This document shows, in pieces, positions 1-8,747 of a stretch of 64,000 nucleotides of DNA. The position numbers and the translations under genes were made by a program. The notes below the pieces were generated by a model. That model saw only the letters and a program-made list of their open reading frames with translations, was not told the DNA's origin and did no database searches. The stretch is from an uncultured Actinomycetes bacterium (GTDB lineage: Bacteria > Actinomycetota > Thermoleophilia > UBA2241). Numbering within the stretch: position 1 is the stretch's first letter; each line of letters opens with the position of its first letter. The stretch lies in assembly GCA_963725665.1 (NCBI GenBank), contig CAVRZA010000001.1, positions 224,001-288,000 on the forward strand, given 5' to 3'.

Positions 1-1
1 C

Positions 2-64
2 GAGAAGCACGGCACGATCCTCACCGACCAGGCCCTCCGCCAAGCCCACGACGACGAACACTAG
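2..64 (+). CDS. 3' end of a gene entering the window (EKHGTILTDQALRQAHDDEH*)
   Basis: Open frame with GC3-rich codons ending in TAG at 62-64. Confidence 0.5.
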   Translation, partial: EKHGTILTDQALRQAHDDEH

Positions 65-368
65 GAGCGCTCCGCTGCGTCGTCTGGATGCGGACCCAGT
101 GGCCGGTCGGTCTCAGGGTGTGGCTGCCGCTGAGCGACTGTTGGCACGAGGCCGAAGCGCCGCCGGCTCACGCCTGGCTTCGTCACGTCGTAGCTCCTGG
201 GTCGGATGGCGGGAGCGCGATTATATCGGAGCGCGGCGGCCACGGGCCGCCGACCAAAGCGGCGCGATGGCTGGCCGCGGCGCTCGCTTGAGCGATAGGC
301 TTGTGCCGCGTCGCCGGGCTGGTCGCCGACGATCGCACCGGCAGGCATGACATCGAAGGAGCCGATCC

Positions 369-1586
369 ATGGTCGACAACAGACAGTCCCCGCGCGATCC
401 CGACCCCAGGGCAGATTCACTGTCGGCCGCGACGCTCGCCGTGTGGGGCGGCGAGGGCGGCTCCCTGGTGCAGGGGGCCACCCAGGTGCCGGTGGTCTAT
501 AGCGCCGCCTACGGCTACCCCGACGTCGACTCGTGGCTCGACGTAGCCCTCGGCCGCAAGCCGGGCCACATCTACAGCCGCAACACCAACCCGACGGTGC
601 GCGCCTTCGAGGAGAAGATACGCGTGCTCGAAGGCGCGCAAGCCGCCACGAGCTTTGCGACCGGCATGGCGGCGGTCAGCAACACACTCTTCGCGCTGCT
701 TTCGCCGGGCGACCGTGTGGTCTCGGTGAAGGACACGTACGGTGGCACGAACAAGCTCTTCATCGACTTCCTGCCCCGTTTCGGGATCGAGGCGGAGCTG
801 TGCGACACGACCGATCACGCACAGATCGAAGCCGCGATCGTCCAGGGTTGCACGCTCCTCTACCTGGAGACCCCGACGAACCCGACGCTCAAGGTCGTGG
901 ACATCGCCCGGTTGGCCGCCGCCGCGCACGACGCGGGCGCACTCGTGGTCGCTGACAACACGTTCGCCACGCCGCTGAACCAGAACCCTCTGGCGCTCGG
1001 CGCCGACCTGGTGATCCACAGCGCGACCAAGTTCCTCGGCGGGCATGCCGACGCGCTGGGCGGCGCGCTGTGCGGCGGGCGGGAGCTGGTCGAGCGGGTG
1101 TTCCACTACCGGGAGATCACCGGCGCCACGCTCGACCCCATGGCGGCCTACCTGCTCGTCCGGGGCATGAAGACGCTGGCCCTGCGCATCGGCCGCCAGA
1201 ACGAGAGCGCCCTGCGCATCGCGGGCTGGCTGGAGGCGCAGCCCTCCGTCGCCGCCGTCTACTACCCCGGGCTCGAGACGCATCCCCAGCACGAGATCGC
1301 CGCCTCACAGATGCGTGGTTTCGGCGGTGTGCTCAGCTTCATGCTCGAGGGCGGCTTCGAAGCGGTCAAACGCGTGCTCCCGCGGCTCCGGCTGGCTCAC
1401 CGTGCCGCCAACCTGGGCGCGGTCGAGACCGTCGCGGGGCCGCCGGCAACGACGAGCCATGTGGAGTGCACGGCCGAGGAGCGCGAGGCGATGGGCATCC
1501 CCGAGGGGCTGATCCGCTACTCGGTGGGGATCGAGGACGCCGACGACCTGATCGCCGACCTGACGCGGGCCCTCGCGGTGGACTGA
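369..1586 (+). CDS. Cys/Met metabolism PLP enzyme (cystathionine gamma-synthase / methionine gamma-lyase family)
   Basis: Motifs YSRNTNPT, ETPTNP, DNTFATP, HSATKFLGGH (PLP Lys) and IRYSVGIED; GAAGGAG RBS. Confidence 0.92.
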   Translation: MVDNRQSPRDPDPRADSLSAATLAVWGGEGGSLVQGATQVPVVYSAAYGYPDVDSWLDVALGRKPGHIYSRNTNPTVRAFEEKIRVLEGAQAATSFATGMAAVSNTLFALLSPGDRVVSVKDTYGGTNKLFIDFLPRFGIEAELCDTTDHAQIEAAIVQGCTLLYLETPTNPTLKVVDIARLAAAAHDAGALVVADNTFATPLNQNPLALGADLVIHSATKFLGGHADALGGALCGGRELVERVFHYREITGATLDPMAAYLLVRGMKTLALRIGRQNESALRIAGWLEAQPSVAAVYYPGLETHPQHEIAASQMRGFGGVLSFMLEGGFEAVKRVLPRLRLAHRAANLGAVETVAGPPATTSHVECTAEEREAMGIPEGLIRYSVGIEDADDLIADLTRALAVD

Positions 1587-1644
1587 GGGGCTAGGCCGCT
1601 TGCCGCGGCCCGCGCGATGACCGGCCGAGGTTCTCGCCGGATGC

Positions 1645-1682
1645 AAAAGGGGCGGGGCGGAATCGAGATTCCGCCCCGCCCC
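1645..1682 (-). terminator. Intrinsic terminator between convergent genes
   Basis: Inverted repeat GGGGCGGGGCGGAATC (1649-1664) / GATTCCGCCCCGCCCC (1667-1682), followed by TTTT on the minus strand. Confidence 0.8.
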
Positions 1683-1735
1683 CTCTCGTTCACCCGACAC
1701 GCACGCCGGGCGGCCGAGTTGTTCGTTTGCGCCGC

Positions 1736-4351
1736 CTACTTCACCGTCACCTTGACCGTCGGCGACGTAGAGCTCGCAACGGTTGTGTTGCCGGCGTAGA
1801 GCGTCCTGAAGTACCAGGCGCCCTTCGCTGACGGCCTGTAGGTCTTGCTGTAGCCACTGCTCGCGTTGAGCGCGAACGTGTTCACAGCGGTCTTCCAGGT
1901 CCCACTCGTCGTGCGGCGGTACTGGATCTTGACGTTTCCGGTCGTGGCTGGCGTGACCTTGCCCGACAGCTTGACCGTCTTGCCGAGCAGGATCGTGCTG
2001 GCCGATTTAGCCAGCGTCGTCTTCGACGCCATCTTGGCGACGGCGACCTTCATCGATGCGCTGGCGAGGTCGGTCCCCGAGTCGCCGGAGCGAGCCCACA
2101 CGACCTTGTAGGTCGTGGCGGCGGCCGGGGTGACCATGAAGGCGAAGTTGCCCTGTGCGTCGGCAGTCGTCTTCATGCCCGTGTCGACGCCGTTCGCCCA
2201 GAGGGCGAGCGACGCGCCGGCGGCGCCGGTGGCATCACCGTTCACGACCTTGCCGGTCACGAAGCCGGTGCCACCCGGGACGACGGACTTCGAGGCGAAG
2301 AGCTGAGCGAACGCGCCGCCCACCGACTTCGCCTCCTGCACGGCCTTCGTGAGACCGGCCTGGATGTAGGCGGGGTTGTGAGCGCCGTCGGATGAATCGG
2401 CCTCCCACGCCTTGTAGTTCCAGGTCGCCCGACCGATGAGGATGTATCCGGGCTTCGTGCTGTCGGTCAGGGAGTACTCGGCCGGCGGTGTGGCGGCGTC
2501 GGTGACGGCGAGGATCGCGGCCTTGGCATTGTCGGCCAGGGTCGTGGCATCACCCTGCCACGTGTTGATGTACACCTGCAGATCGTCACGCGACTCGGTC
2601 GCGTGGCACTTCGAGCAGGAGTCCTCGCCGATGTACTGCGTGGTGCCCGCCGCGGTGGCCGCCGACATCCAGTCGTCGGCCTTCTCGGGGAGCATGATCT
2701 TCATGCCGTGCGAGAAGCGGTTGGCAGCCCTGTTGGTCTTGGGCATGTGGCAGTCTTCGCACTTGACGCCCGGCATGACCTGGGTGGTGTCGGGCACGTC
2801 GACCATCACGCTGCGGCCGTGGTACATCTCGCGCTGCGGATGGCTGACCAGATGCTCCGTGAGGTCCGGAAGTCCGGTGGTGGGGTCGGCCAGCGGCTTG
2901 TAGGTGGGTGTCGTGCCGAGGACCTCCATCTGCCAGTTGTGGCAGTCCTCGCAGATGCTCTGGTTGTCGACCGTGAGACCCTTCGCACTGCGCGAGGCGT
3001 CGGTGTCGCCTGCCTTGTCGGGCTGGCGGATGACGTCGGGCGCGTTGGGGCCCGAGGGGTGCGCGGCGTGGCAGGTGACGCACTCCTGGCCCATCTTGCC
3101 GGTGTCGGTGGCGTCGAGTGTCACGTTCGCGGCGAGGGGGTCGCCCTTGCTGTTGAGGTACCCCTCACCCGTGTGGCACTTCAGGCAGCCGGGTGCCGCC
3201 GTGGCCAGGGTGAAGTGAGTCGAGGTATCGGCCCTGGCCTGGTAGGCGAGGGCGTCCGGATCGGTCTTGGCCAGGGCCTGACGCCACGAGTGCGCCGAAG
3301 CCGACCACTCGTTGTAGTAGTAGTGGCTGCCCTTAGCGTTGCTCCCGTTGGGGAACATGAAGTACGCCGTCGGGTTCGCGAGGAACTCGGTCTCGGTTGG
3401 GATGTAGGTGTACGATTGACCGCCCGACACGCCGTTGATGTCGACGAAGTTGCGCATCGGCTGGTTGGTCGTGTAGCCGTAGATGCCCAGCGTGCCGGTC
3501 ACGGTGGTGTAGCTGCCGTGGCACTGGCCGCACACCTGGGACTGGCCGAGGACGTCCAGCGTCTTGGAGACGTCAACGCCCGTGAGATGGTGCTGGGTCG
3601 CTGTCGCATCGGCGACGCCGGTGCCGTGGCAGTTCTCGCACTGGATGCTCATGCCGGGGTACGACACGGTCGGATCGGCCATGAAGTCGGCCGCCGTCTT
3701 GGTGTCGTCGCGGGCCCACTGCCTCGCCGTCGTGGCGCTGGCGGCGATGGTCGCGGCCGGGTTCGGCACCGCCTGGCCCGCCGCCGTCGTCGGCACCGTG
3801 GAGCCGAGCTGGTGGCAGCGCTGGCAGCCGTACTGGACGTCGTATAGGCCCGTGTCCGGAGCCTCCAGACCGACGGTGTAGTCACCTTCGTCGATCGGCA
3901 CAGGGTGGCCCGCCTTGGGCTCGGCCGTGAGACCTTCGACGAGGTTCCAGGGGTTGATGTTGGGATCGGTGCTGCCCATCCAGAAGTTGTACTCGGTCGC
4001 CGCGCCGCCGGCGAAGTCGCCTAGGGTCATCCAGGGCTGGCCGGCGATCGAATAGGTACCGCCGCCGTCGAACAAGGCCGGCGGGGTGCCGGCGACCACC
4101 GGCGGAGTCCCTGCGGCCCTGAAGTCGGTCCAGCTTGCCGGAGGCGTTGGCACCAGGCCTTGCTTGGCGAAGCGGCTGTGTACCGTATCGAGGGTGGTGT
4201 TGCCGAACCCACTGTGGCAACCGACGCACGCAGCCTGGCCCGCGTAGTGCATACCGTACTCGTTGACGAGACCGGCAGCCAGCGCCGTCGCCGGGACCAT
4301 CACCATGGCGACGATGGCTACGGCGAACAACAACAGTATCTTTTTCCCCAT
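1736..4351 (-). CDS. Secreted multiheme c-type cytochrome (9 CxxCH) with C-terminal Ig-like/beta-sandwich domains
   Basis: Signal peptide ending ALA; CVGCH, CQRCH, CENCH, CGQCH, CLKCH, CVTCH, CEDCH x2 and CSKCH; DSSDGAHNP motif; Thr/Lys-rich beta C-terminus. Confidence 0.9.
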   Translation of the reverse strand: MGKKILLLFAVAIVAMVMVPATALAAGLVNEYGMHYAGQAACVGCHSGFGNTTLDTVHSRFAKQGLVPTPPASWTDFRAAGTPPVVAGTPPALFDGGGTYSIAGQPWMTLGDFAGGAATEYNFWMGSTDPNINPWNLVEGLTAEPKAGHPVPIDEGDYTVGLEAPDTGLYDVQYGCQRCHQLGSTVPTTAAGQAVPNPAATIAASATTARQWARDDTKTAADFMADPTVSYPGMSIQCENCHGTGVADATATQHHLTGVDVSKTLDVLGQSQVCGQCHGSYTTVTGTLGIYGYTTNQPMRNFVDINGVSGGQSYTYIPTETEFLANPTAYFMFPNGSNAKGSHYYYNEWSASAHSWRQALAKTDPDALAYQARADTSTHFTLATAAPGCLKCHTGEGYLNSKGDPLAANVTLDATDTGKMGQECVTCHAAHPSGPNAPDVIRQPDKAGDTDASRSAKGLTVDNQSICEDCHNWQMEVLGTTPTYKPLADPTTGLPDLTEHLVSHPQREMYHGRSVMVDVPDTTQVMPGVKCEDCHMPKTNRAANRFSHGMKIMLPEKADDWMSAATAAGTTQYIGEDSCSKCHATESRDDLQVYINTWQGDATTLADNAKAAILAVTDAATPPAEYSLTDSTKPGYILIGRATWNYKAWEADSSDGAHNPAYIQAGLTKAVQEAKSVGGAFAQLFASKSVVPGGTGFVTGKVVNGDATGAAGASLALWANGVDTGMKTTADAQGNFAFMVTPAAATTYKVVWARSGDSGTDLASASMKVAVAKMASKTTLAKSASTILLGKTVKLSGKVTPATTGNVKIQYRRTTSGTWKTAVNTFALNASSGYSKTYRPSAKGAWYFRTLYAGNTTVASSTSPTVKVTVK

Positions 4352-4505
4352 GCTCCCTCCGTTCGAGGATTACCCTATCACTCAGATCAGGTAAATCAGG
4401 TCCGTGCGCGCCCCCTTTCGTGCGGCCGCTCGGCTACCCGGTCGGTTTGACGCGGGCGCCCTCGGCGTCTAGTCGTCGAACGTGTCAGGCAGCGTCACGG
4501 AGGTT

Positions 4506-4566
4506 TGTGAAGGCCGACACATGCGTACCACACTTACCTTAAGTCATTTTGTGCAAGTAGTCACGC
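4506..4566. promoter_or_regulatory. Two CRP/FNR/Rex-like palindromic sites upstream of the cytochrome gene
   Basis: TGTGA-N6-ACACA (4506-4521) and TGTGC-N6-TCACG (4550-4565) in an AT-rich patch. Confidence 0.4.
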
Positions 4567-4817
4567 AATACTGGGGCGCTCGCGACGAAGAAATAGTGCT
4601 GATACCCGAGGGAGTCCCGAGCGCCCCAGGACTTGGCTGTAGTGTCTACACCAGACGGGGCCCCTCTGTCCACCCGGAGGTGCGAGGCTGTAGGGACCGG
4701 GTCGGGGTGAGGAGATCAGGCGCGCGACGAGGTGGAAGTGCGGCGATGGCGGTGTCCTCCCAGGGCCCTCCAGAGCAGCCGACGCGGGACGCGCTCGCGA
4801 CCCCCTGCGCCGCCCGG

Positions 4818-5436
4818 TCAATACCGCGCGACGAGGAGCTGGCCGCGCACGCCGGCCGGCTCGCAGCGTTCCACGCTGAAGCCGGCCGAGGCGGCCAGCT
4901 CAGACAGCTCTCTGCCCCGTGTAGATGCGCACATCACCGCCCGGCAGGCGCGGCAGCAGCGCGTTCATGAGCTGGCGCAACGGCGCCGCGACGCGCCACT
5001 CGCCGATCACCAGGCCGCCTCCGGGCCGCGCGACGCGCGCCATCTCGCGCAGCGCGGCTCGTGGATCGGGGTAGTGGTGGACCGAGTCGACGCAGACGAC
5101 GAGGTCGATGCTGTCGTCAGGGAGAGGGAGATGCTCGGCGTCGCCGACGTGCATCTCCGCCGCGTCGCCCAGCTTCTCGCCGGCGACGCCGAGCATCTCC
5201 GGCGAGAGGTCGACGCCGACGGCGTGCACCTCGGGATGCGCGCTGAGGATGGCCTGGAGGATGGCTCCCGTGCCGCAGCCGACGTCGAGGACGGCGGCGA
5301 ACGTGAAGGTCTCGACGGCGGCCAGGACGTCCGCCTGCAGCCGCCGGGCGTGTCGACCGTAGGCGGCGCTGTCGTAGTCGCGCGCCTGGCGGCCGAAGGC
5401 GGTCCGGGAGCGCTGTTTGAAGTCTCGCTCGGGCAC
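4818..5436 (-). CDS. Class I SAM-dependent methyltransferase (one frameshift near 4915)
   Basis: VLDVGCGTG, GDAEHLP and RVARPGG motifs; removing one G from a G-run restores RIYTGRELSELAASAGF...ARY* ending at 4818. Confidence 0.85.
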
Positions 5437-5473
5437 CGTCAGCCGCGGGGCTTGGTCACCGGCGGCTCAGTCG

Positions 5474-6289
5474 TCAGCGACCGTTGGCGGAGAAGTGCTG
5501 GTAGTCGCGCGCGGGGCGCCAGTAGCCGCCCCACTCCCAGCCGACGGCGGCGAAGGCTTGCACGACCTTCCCGCCGGCGTGGATCATGCCGCGGCGGCGC
5601 AGGGAGCGGTCGGCGTAGGCTCGCCCCTGAGGCGGTGAGACGTAGCTGCCGGAGACGTATGGGTTCTCGACCGGGTCGAGGTCGATGGCGATCCCGTAGG
5701 CGTGCATGGACCAGCGGTGCGTGCCCGAGACGTAGCGGCCGTTGAACGCCGAGGTGTTGTCGGCCGCCATCGACTTGTGGTCGTCGGCGGCGAAGTTCTC
5801 GATGAGGCGCATCCTGCGTATGGGGAAGCGCTTGTCGAAGAGGGCGTGGAAGACGCGCACGACCCGCCACGCCACGCCGCGCGCGACCACCAGGTTGCCC
5901 CTGTGCGTCTCGCCGTCGAAGCCCCAGTACCTCAAGGTGAGGAGCCTCAGGCGGCTGATCGGCACCGGGCAGCCGCGCCGCCAGGAGCCCACACTGATCA
6001 TGCGCGTGCGAAGGGCGTCGGGGATCGGCTCGACCTTGGCGCGGAACGTGGGCGTCGGTGAGGGAGTCGGTGTCGGCGTGGGTGAGGCCGTCGGCGTGGC
6101 TGTGACCGCGGCGGAGACGCTCGGCGACGGGGAGGCGGGTGCGCTGCTCGCCGCCGCGCTCGTCAGCGCCGACGCCGCGGCGTCGAGGCCGCAGCCGGCG
6201 ACGAGCGCACACGCGGCGAGCAGCGCACCCGCCGTCAGAGCGAGTGCCACCGCGCGCCCGGCTCTTGTCCCTCTCGATCCTGCTCTCAT
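5474..6289 (-). CDS. M15 family metallopeptidase (D,D-carboxypeptidase-like), exported
   Basis: Lipobox-like LVAGC, Pro/Thr linker, SMHAYGIAID and WGGYW..RDYQHF motifs. Confidence 0.88.
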   Translation of the reverse strand: MRAGSRGTRAGRAVALALTAGALLAACALVAGCGLDAAASALTSAAASSAPASPSPSVSAAVTATPTASPTPTPTPSPTPTFRAKVEPIPDALRTRMISVGSWRRGCPVPISRLRLLTLRYWGFDGETHRGNLVVARGVAWRVVRVFHALFDKRFPIRRMRLIENFAADDHKSMAADNTSAFNGRYVSGTHRWSMHAYGIAIDLDPVENPYVSGSYVSPPQGRAYADRSLRRRGMIHAGGKVVQAFAAVGWEWGGYWRPARDYQHFSANGR

Positions 6290-6446
6290 CTCGTGCTCTC
6301 GGTTCTCGGCGCCGGCCGCGTTTCCTTGAAGGTGCGGCTTCAGCGCCTAACAGCCGACGATACCGTACCGCGCCGCGGCGTGCAGATGCGGCCTGCGGGG
6401 CAGTGTGTTCTGGCCGCCGCCGCCGCGCGGGGCTAGGATTCGCGCC

Positions 6447-7619
6447 ATGTCGTTCGGCGTCGAAGCACAGGCCGTCATGCGGCCGGGGATCATCGAGCTG
6501 CGCTGGGGTGACCCGGACCCGCGACTGATCCCCGTCGAGACGATCGCCGAGGCGACGCACCGTGTGTTCGCCGAAGTCGGACCGGCGGCGTTGAACTACG
6601 GCGCCAACCAGGGACCGTCCGCGTTGTTGGCGGCGCTCGCGGAGCGCATCGCGCTCCGCGAGCGCCGCCCGTTGTCTCTGGGCGAGATCGCCGCGACCAA
6701 CGGCAACTTGCCCGCCCTGCACCAGCTTGTCGCGCTGCTCGTGCGTCCCGGAGACGTCGTGTTCGTCGAAGACCCCGGCTTCAGCCTGGCGCTGCGCATC
6801 TTCCGCGACCTGGGCGTCGAGCTCGTCGGTGTGCCCTTCGACGAGGGAGGCCTCGACGTGGAGGCGCTCGCCGAGGCGATCGTCGACGTACGTCACCGGG
6901 GCCGGACACCGCGCCTGCTGTACACCGTTGCCACGTTCCACAACCCCACGGGGCTGTCGTTGGCCGACGAGCGCCGCCGGCGGCTGCTCGAGGTTGCCGC
7001 CGGCGCCGACCTGCTCGTGGTCGAGGACGACGTCTACCGGGAGCTCGTCTACGAGGGCGCGGCGCCGCCGTCGCTGTGGAGCCTTGCCGCCGGCGTCGAC
7101 GGCGCGCCGGCGCTCGTCGTGCGCTTGGGCAGCTTCTCGAAGTCGCTCTCGCCCGGCTTGCGCTGCGGTTTCCTCACCGGCCCGGCTGCCGTGGTCGACC
7201 GTTTCGCCCAGTCGGGCCTGCTCGACGGCGCCGGCTGCTTGAGCCAGTTCACCTCGTGCATCGTGGCGGAGACGATCCGCAGCGGGGCTTACGACGAGAA
7301 CGTGGCTCGCCTGCGGCAAGCGTATGGGGCGCGACGCGACGCCCTCGTCGAGGGCCTGCGCCGCGCCCTGCCGGTCTCGTGCGGCCTCACAGAGCCGCGG
7401 GGTGGCTTCTTCCTCTGGGTGACGTTGCCCGAGGGCAGGCGCGCCGCCGATCTGCTGCCGCTGGCCGAGGCAAGCGGGGTCTCGTTTTTCGGCGGCGCCC
7501 GCTTCTCACTGCACGGCGACGACCGGGGCATGCGGCTGGGTTTCAGCATGTTCGAACCGGCCGAGCTCGCGGCCGGCGCCGAACGGCTCGGGCGCGCCGT
7601 CGGGGAGCTCCTTCACTAG
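6447..7619 (+). CDS. PLP-dependent class I aminotransferase (MocR/LysN-like)
   Basis: FHNPTG, EDDVY and GSFSKSLSPGLR motifs. Confidence 0.9.
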   Translation: MSFGVEAQAVMRPGIIELRWGDPDPRLIPVETIAEATHRVFAEVGPAALNYGANQGPSALLAALAERIALRERRPLSLGEIAATNGNLPALHQLVALLVRPGDVVFVEDPGFSLALRIFRDLGVELVGVPFDEGGLDVEALAEAIVDVRHRGRTPRLLYTVATFHNPTGLSLADERRRRLLEVAAGADLLVVEDDVYRELVYEGAAPPSLWSLAAGVDGAPALVVRLGSFSKSLSPGLRCGFLTGPAAVVDRFAQSGLLDGAGCLSQFTSCIVAETIRSGAYDENVARLRQAYGARRDALVEGLRRALPVSCGLTEPRGGFFLWVTLPEGRRAADLLPLAEASGVSFFGGARFSLHGDDRGMRLGFSMFEPAELAAGAERLGRAVGELLH

Positions 7620-7721
7620 GAGTCCCCACCGCACCGTTGCGCAGCGCGGGCGTGGTCGGTCTTGCCAAAGGGAGCGCGGGTGGGTCGTGGGACGGCGTCG
7701 CGGCGACCCCGCCGATGGCGG

Positions 7722-8588
7722 CTACGCGAGCTGGACCGACCGCTTGGAGAGGCCCAACCAGAAGCCGCTGATGACGGTGACGGGTGCCGCCGCTCCTCCG
7801 GCGCCGAGCGTCACGAACAACGGCGCGAGGTGCTCCGTCGAGGGGTGAGCCTGGTCGGCGCCGGGGGCCTCGTCGAACCCGATCAGCGTGTCGACGTCTC
7901 CGGCGTCGAGCGCCTCCCCGGCCCAGCGATCGAAGTCGGCCGACCAGCCGGGAGGCGGAGCGTCGATGCGGAAGTCGCGCAGGTAGGGAAGACCGTGCGT
8001 GAGGAATCCGCTGCCTATCAGGATCACGCCCTCGTCTCGCAGGGGACGGAGCCGCTCGCCCAAGGCCAGCAGTCGCCGCGGGTCGAGGTTCGGCATCGAG
8101 ATCTGCAGCACCGGCACGTCGGCCTCGGGATACATGACCAGCAGCGGCACGTAGGCGCCGTGGTCGAGGCCGCGAGTGGGCTGCTCGGCGACCGTCTCGG
8201 CCCCGGCGAGCAGCTCGCGCACCCTGTCTGCGAGCCCAGGAGCTCCCGGCGCCAGGTACTGGGCTCGGTAGTAGCGCTCCGGAAAGCCGTAGAAGTCGTA
8301 GACGAGCGGTACGCCGTCGTCGGTGGCACCGAGCGTGAGCGGCGCTCGCTCCCAGTGCGCGGAGACCATCAGGATCGCTTGCGGCCGGGGCATGGCCTTC
8401 GCCCAAGCGCCCAGCTCTGCGACCCAGAGCGGGTCGTCGAGGAGCGGCGGCGCGCCGTGTCCGAGGTAGATGGCCGGCATGCGGCCCTCGATGAGGGCGG
8501 CGGCGGCGCGCTCCGCGACCGCCGCCGCCGCCGCTTCGACTTCGGCTGCCGAAGTGGCTGCCGGCTTCCAGAACAGGTCCTCGTCCAT
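7722..8588 (-). CDS. LigB-family extradiol dioxygenase (4,5-DOPA dioxygenase-like)
   Basis: HGAP, SAHW, YDFYGFP, RGLDHG, GSGFLTH and AHPSTEH motifs. Confidence 0.9.
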   Translation of the reverse strand: MDEDLFWKPAATSAAEVEAAAAAVAERAAAALIEGRMPAIYLGHGAPPLLDDPLWVAELGAWAKAMPRPQAILMVSAHWERAPLTLGATDDGVPLVYDFYGFPERYYRAQYLAPGAPGLADRVRELLAGAETVAEQPTRGLDHGAYVPLLVMYPEADVPVLQISMPNLDPRRLLALGERLRPLRDEGVILIGSGFLTHGLPYLRDFRIDAPPPGWSADFDRWAGEALDAGDVDTLIGFDEAPGADQAHPSTEHLAPLFVTLGAGGAAAPVTVISGFWLGLSKRSVQLA

Positions 8589-8747
8589 GCCTGACGCTCT
8601 CCAAGGTCTCGAGCGGGGATCGCGCCGGAGGCACACGCTTGCGCCCTGCACGGCCATTTCGCCTCGCTGGGGTCTGGGCTCAGTCTACAGACGCCTGAGG
8701 TGAGCGGCCACGGCCGGTCTTCTCGATGCCAGCCTAGCTGGTCTCGT

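Noticed and set aside
4380-4500. c-di-GMP-I riboswitch upstream of the cytochrome
   Set aside because: Only a partial GGTAGCCGAG resemblance; the GGCAAA/GACGCAAAG core is missing
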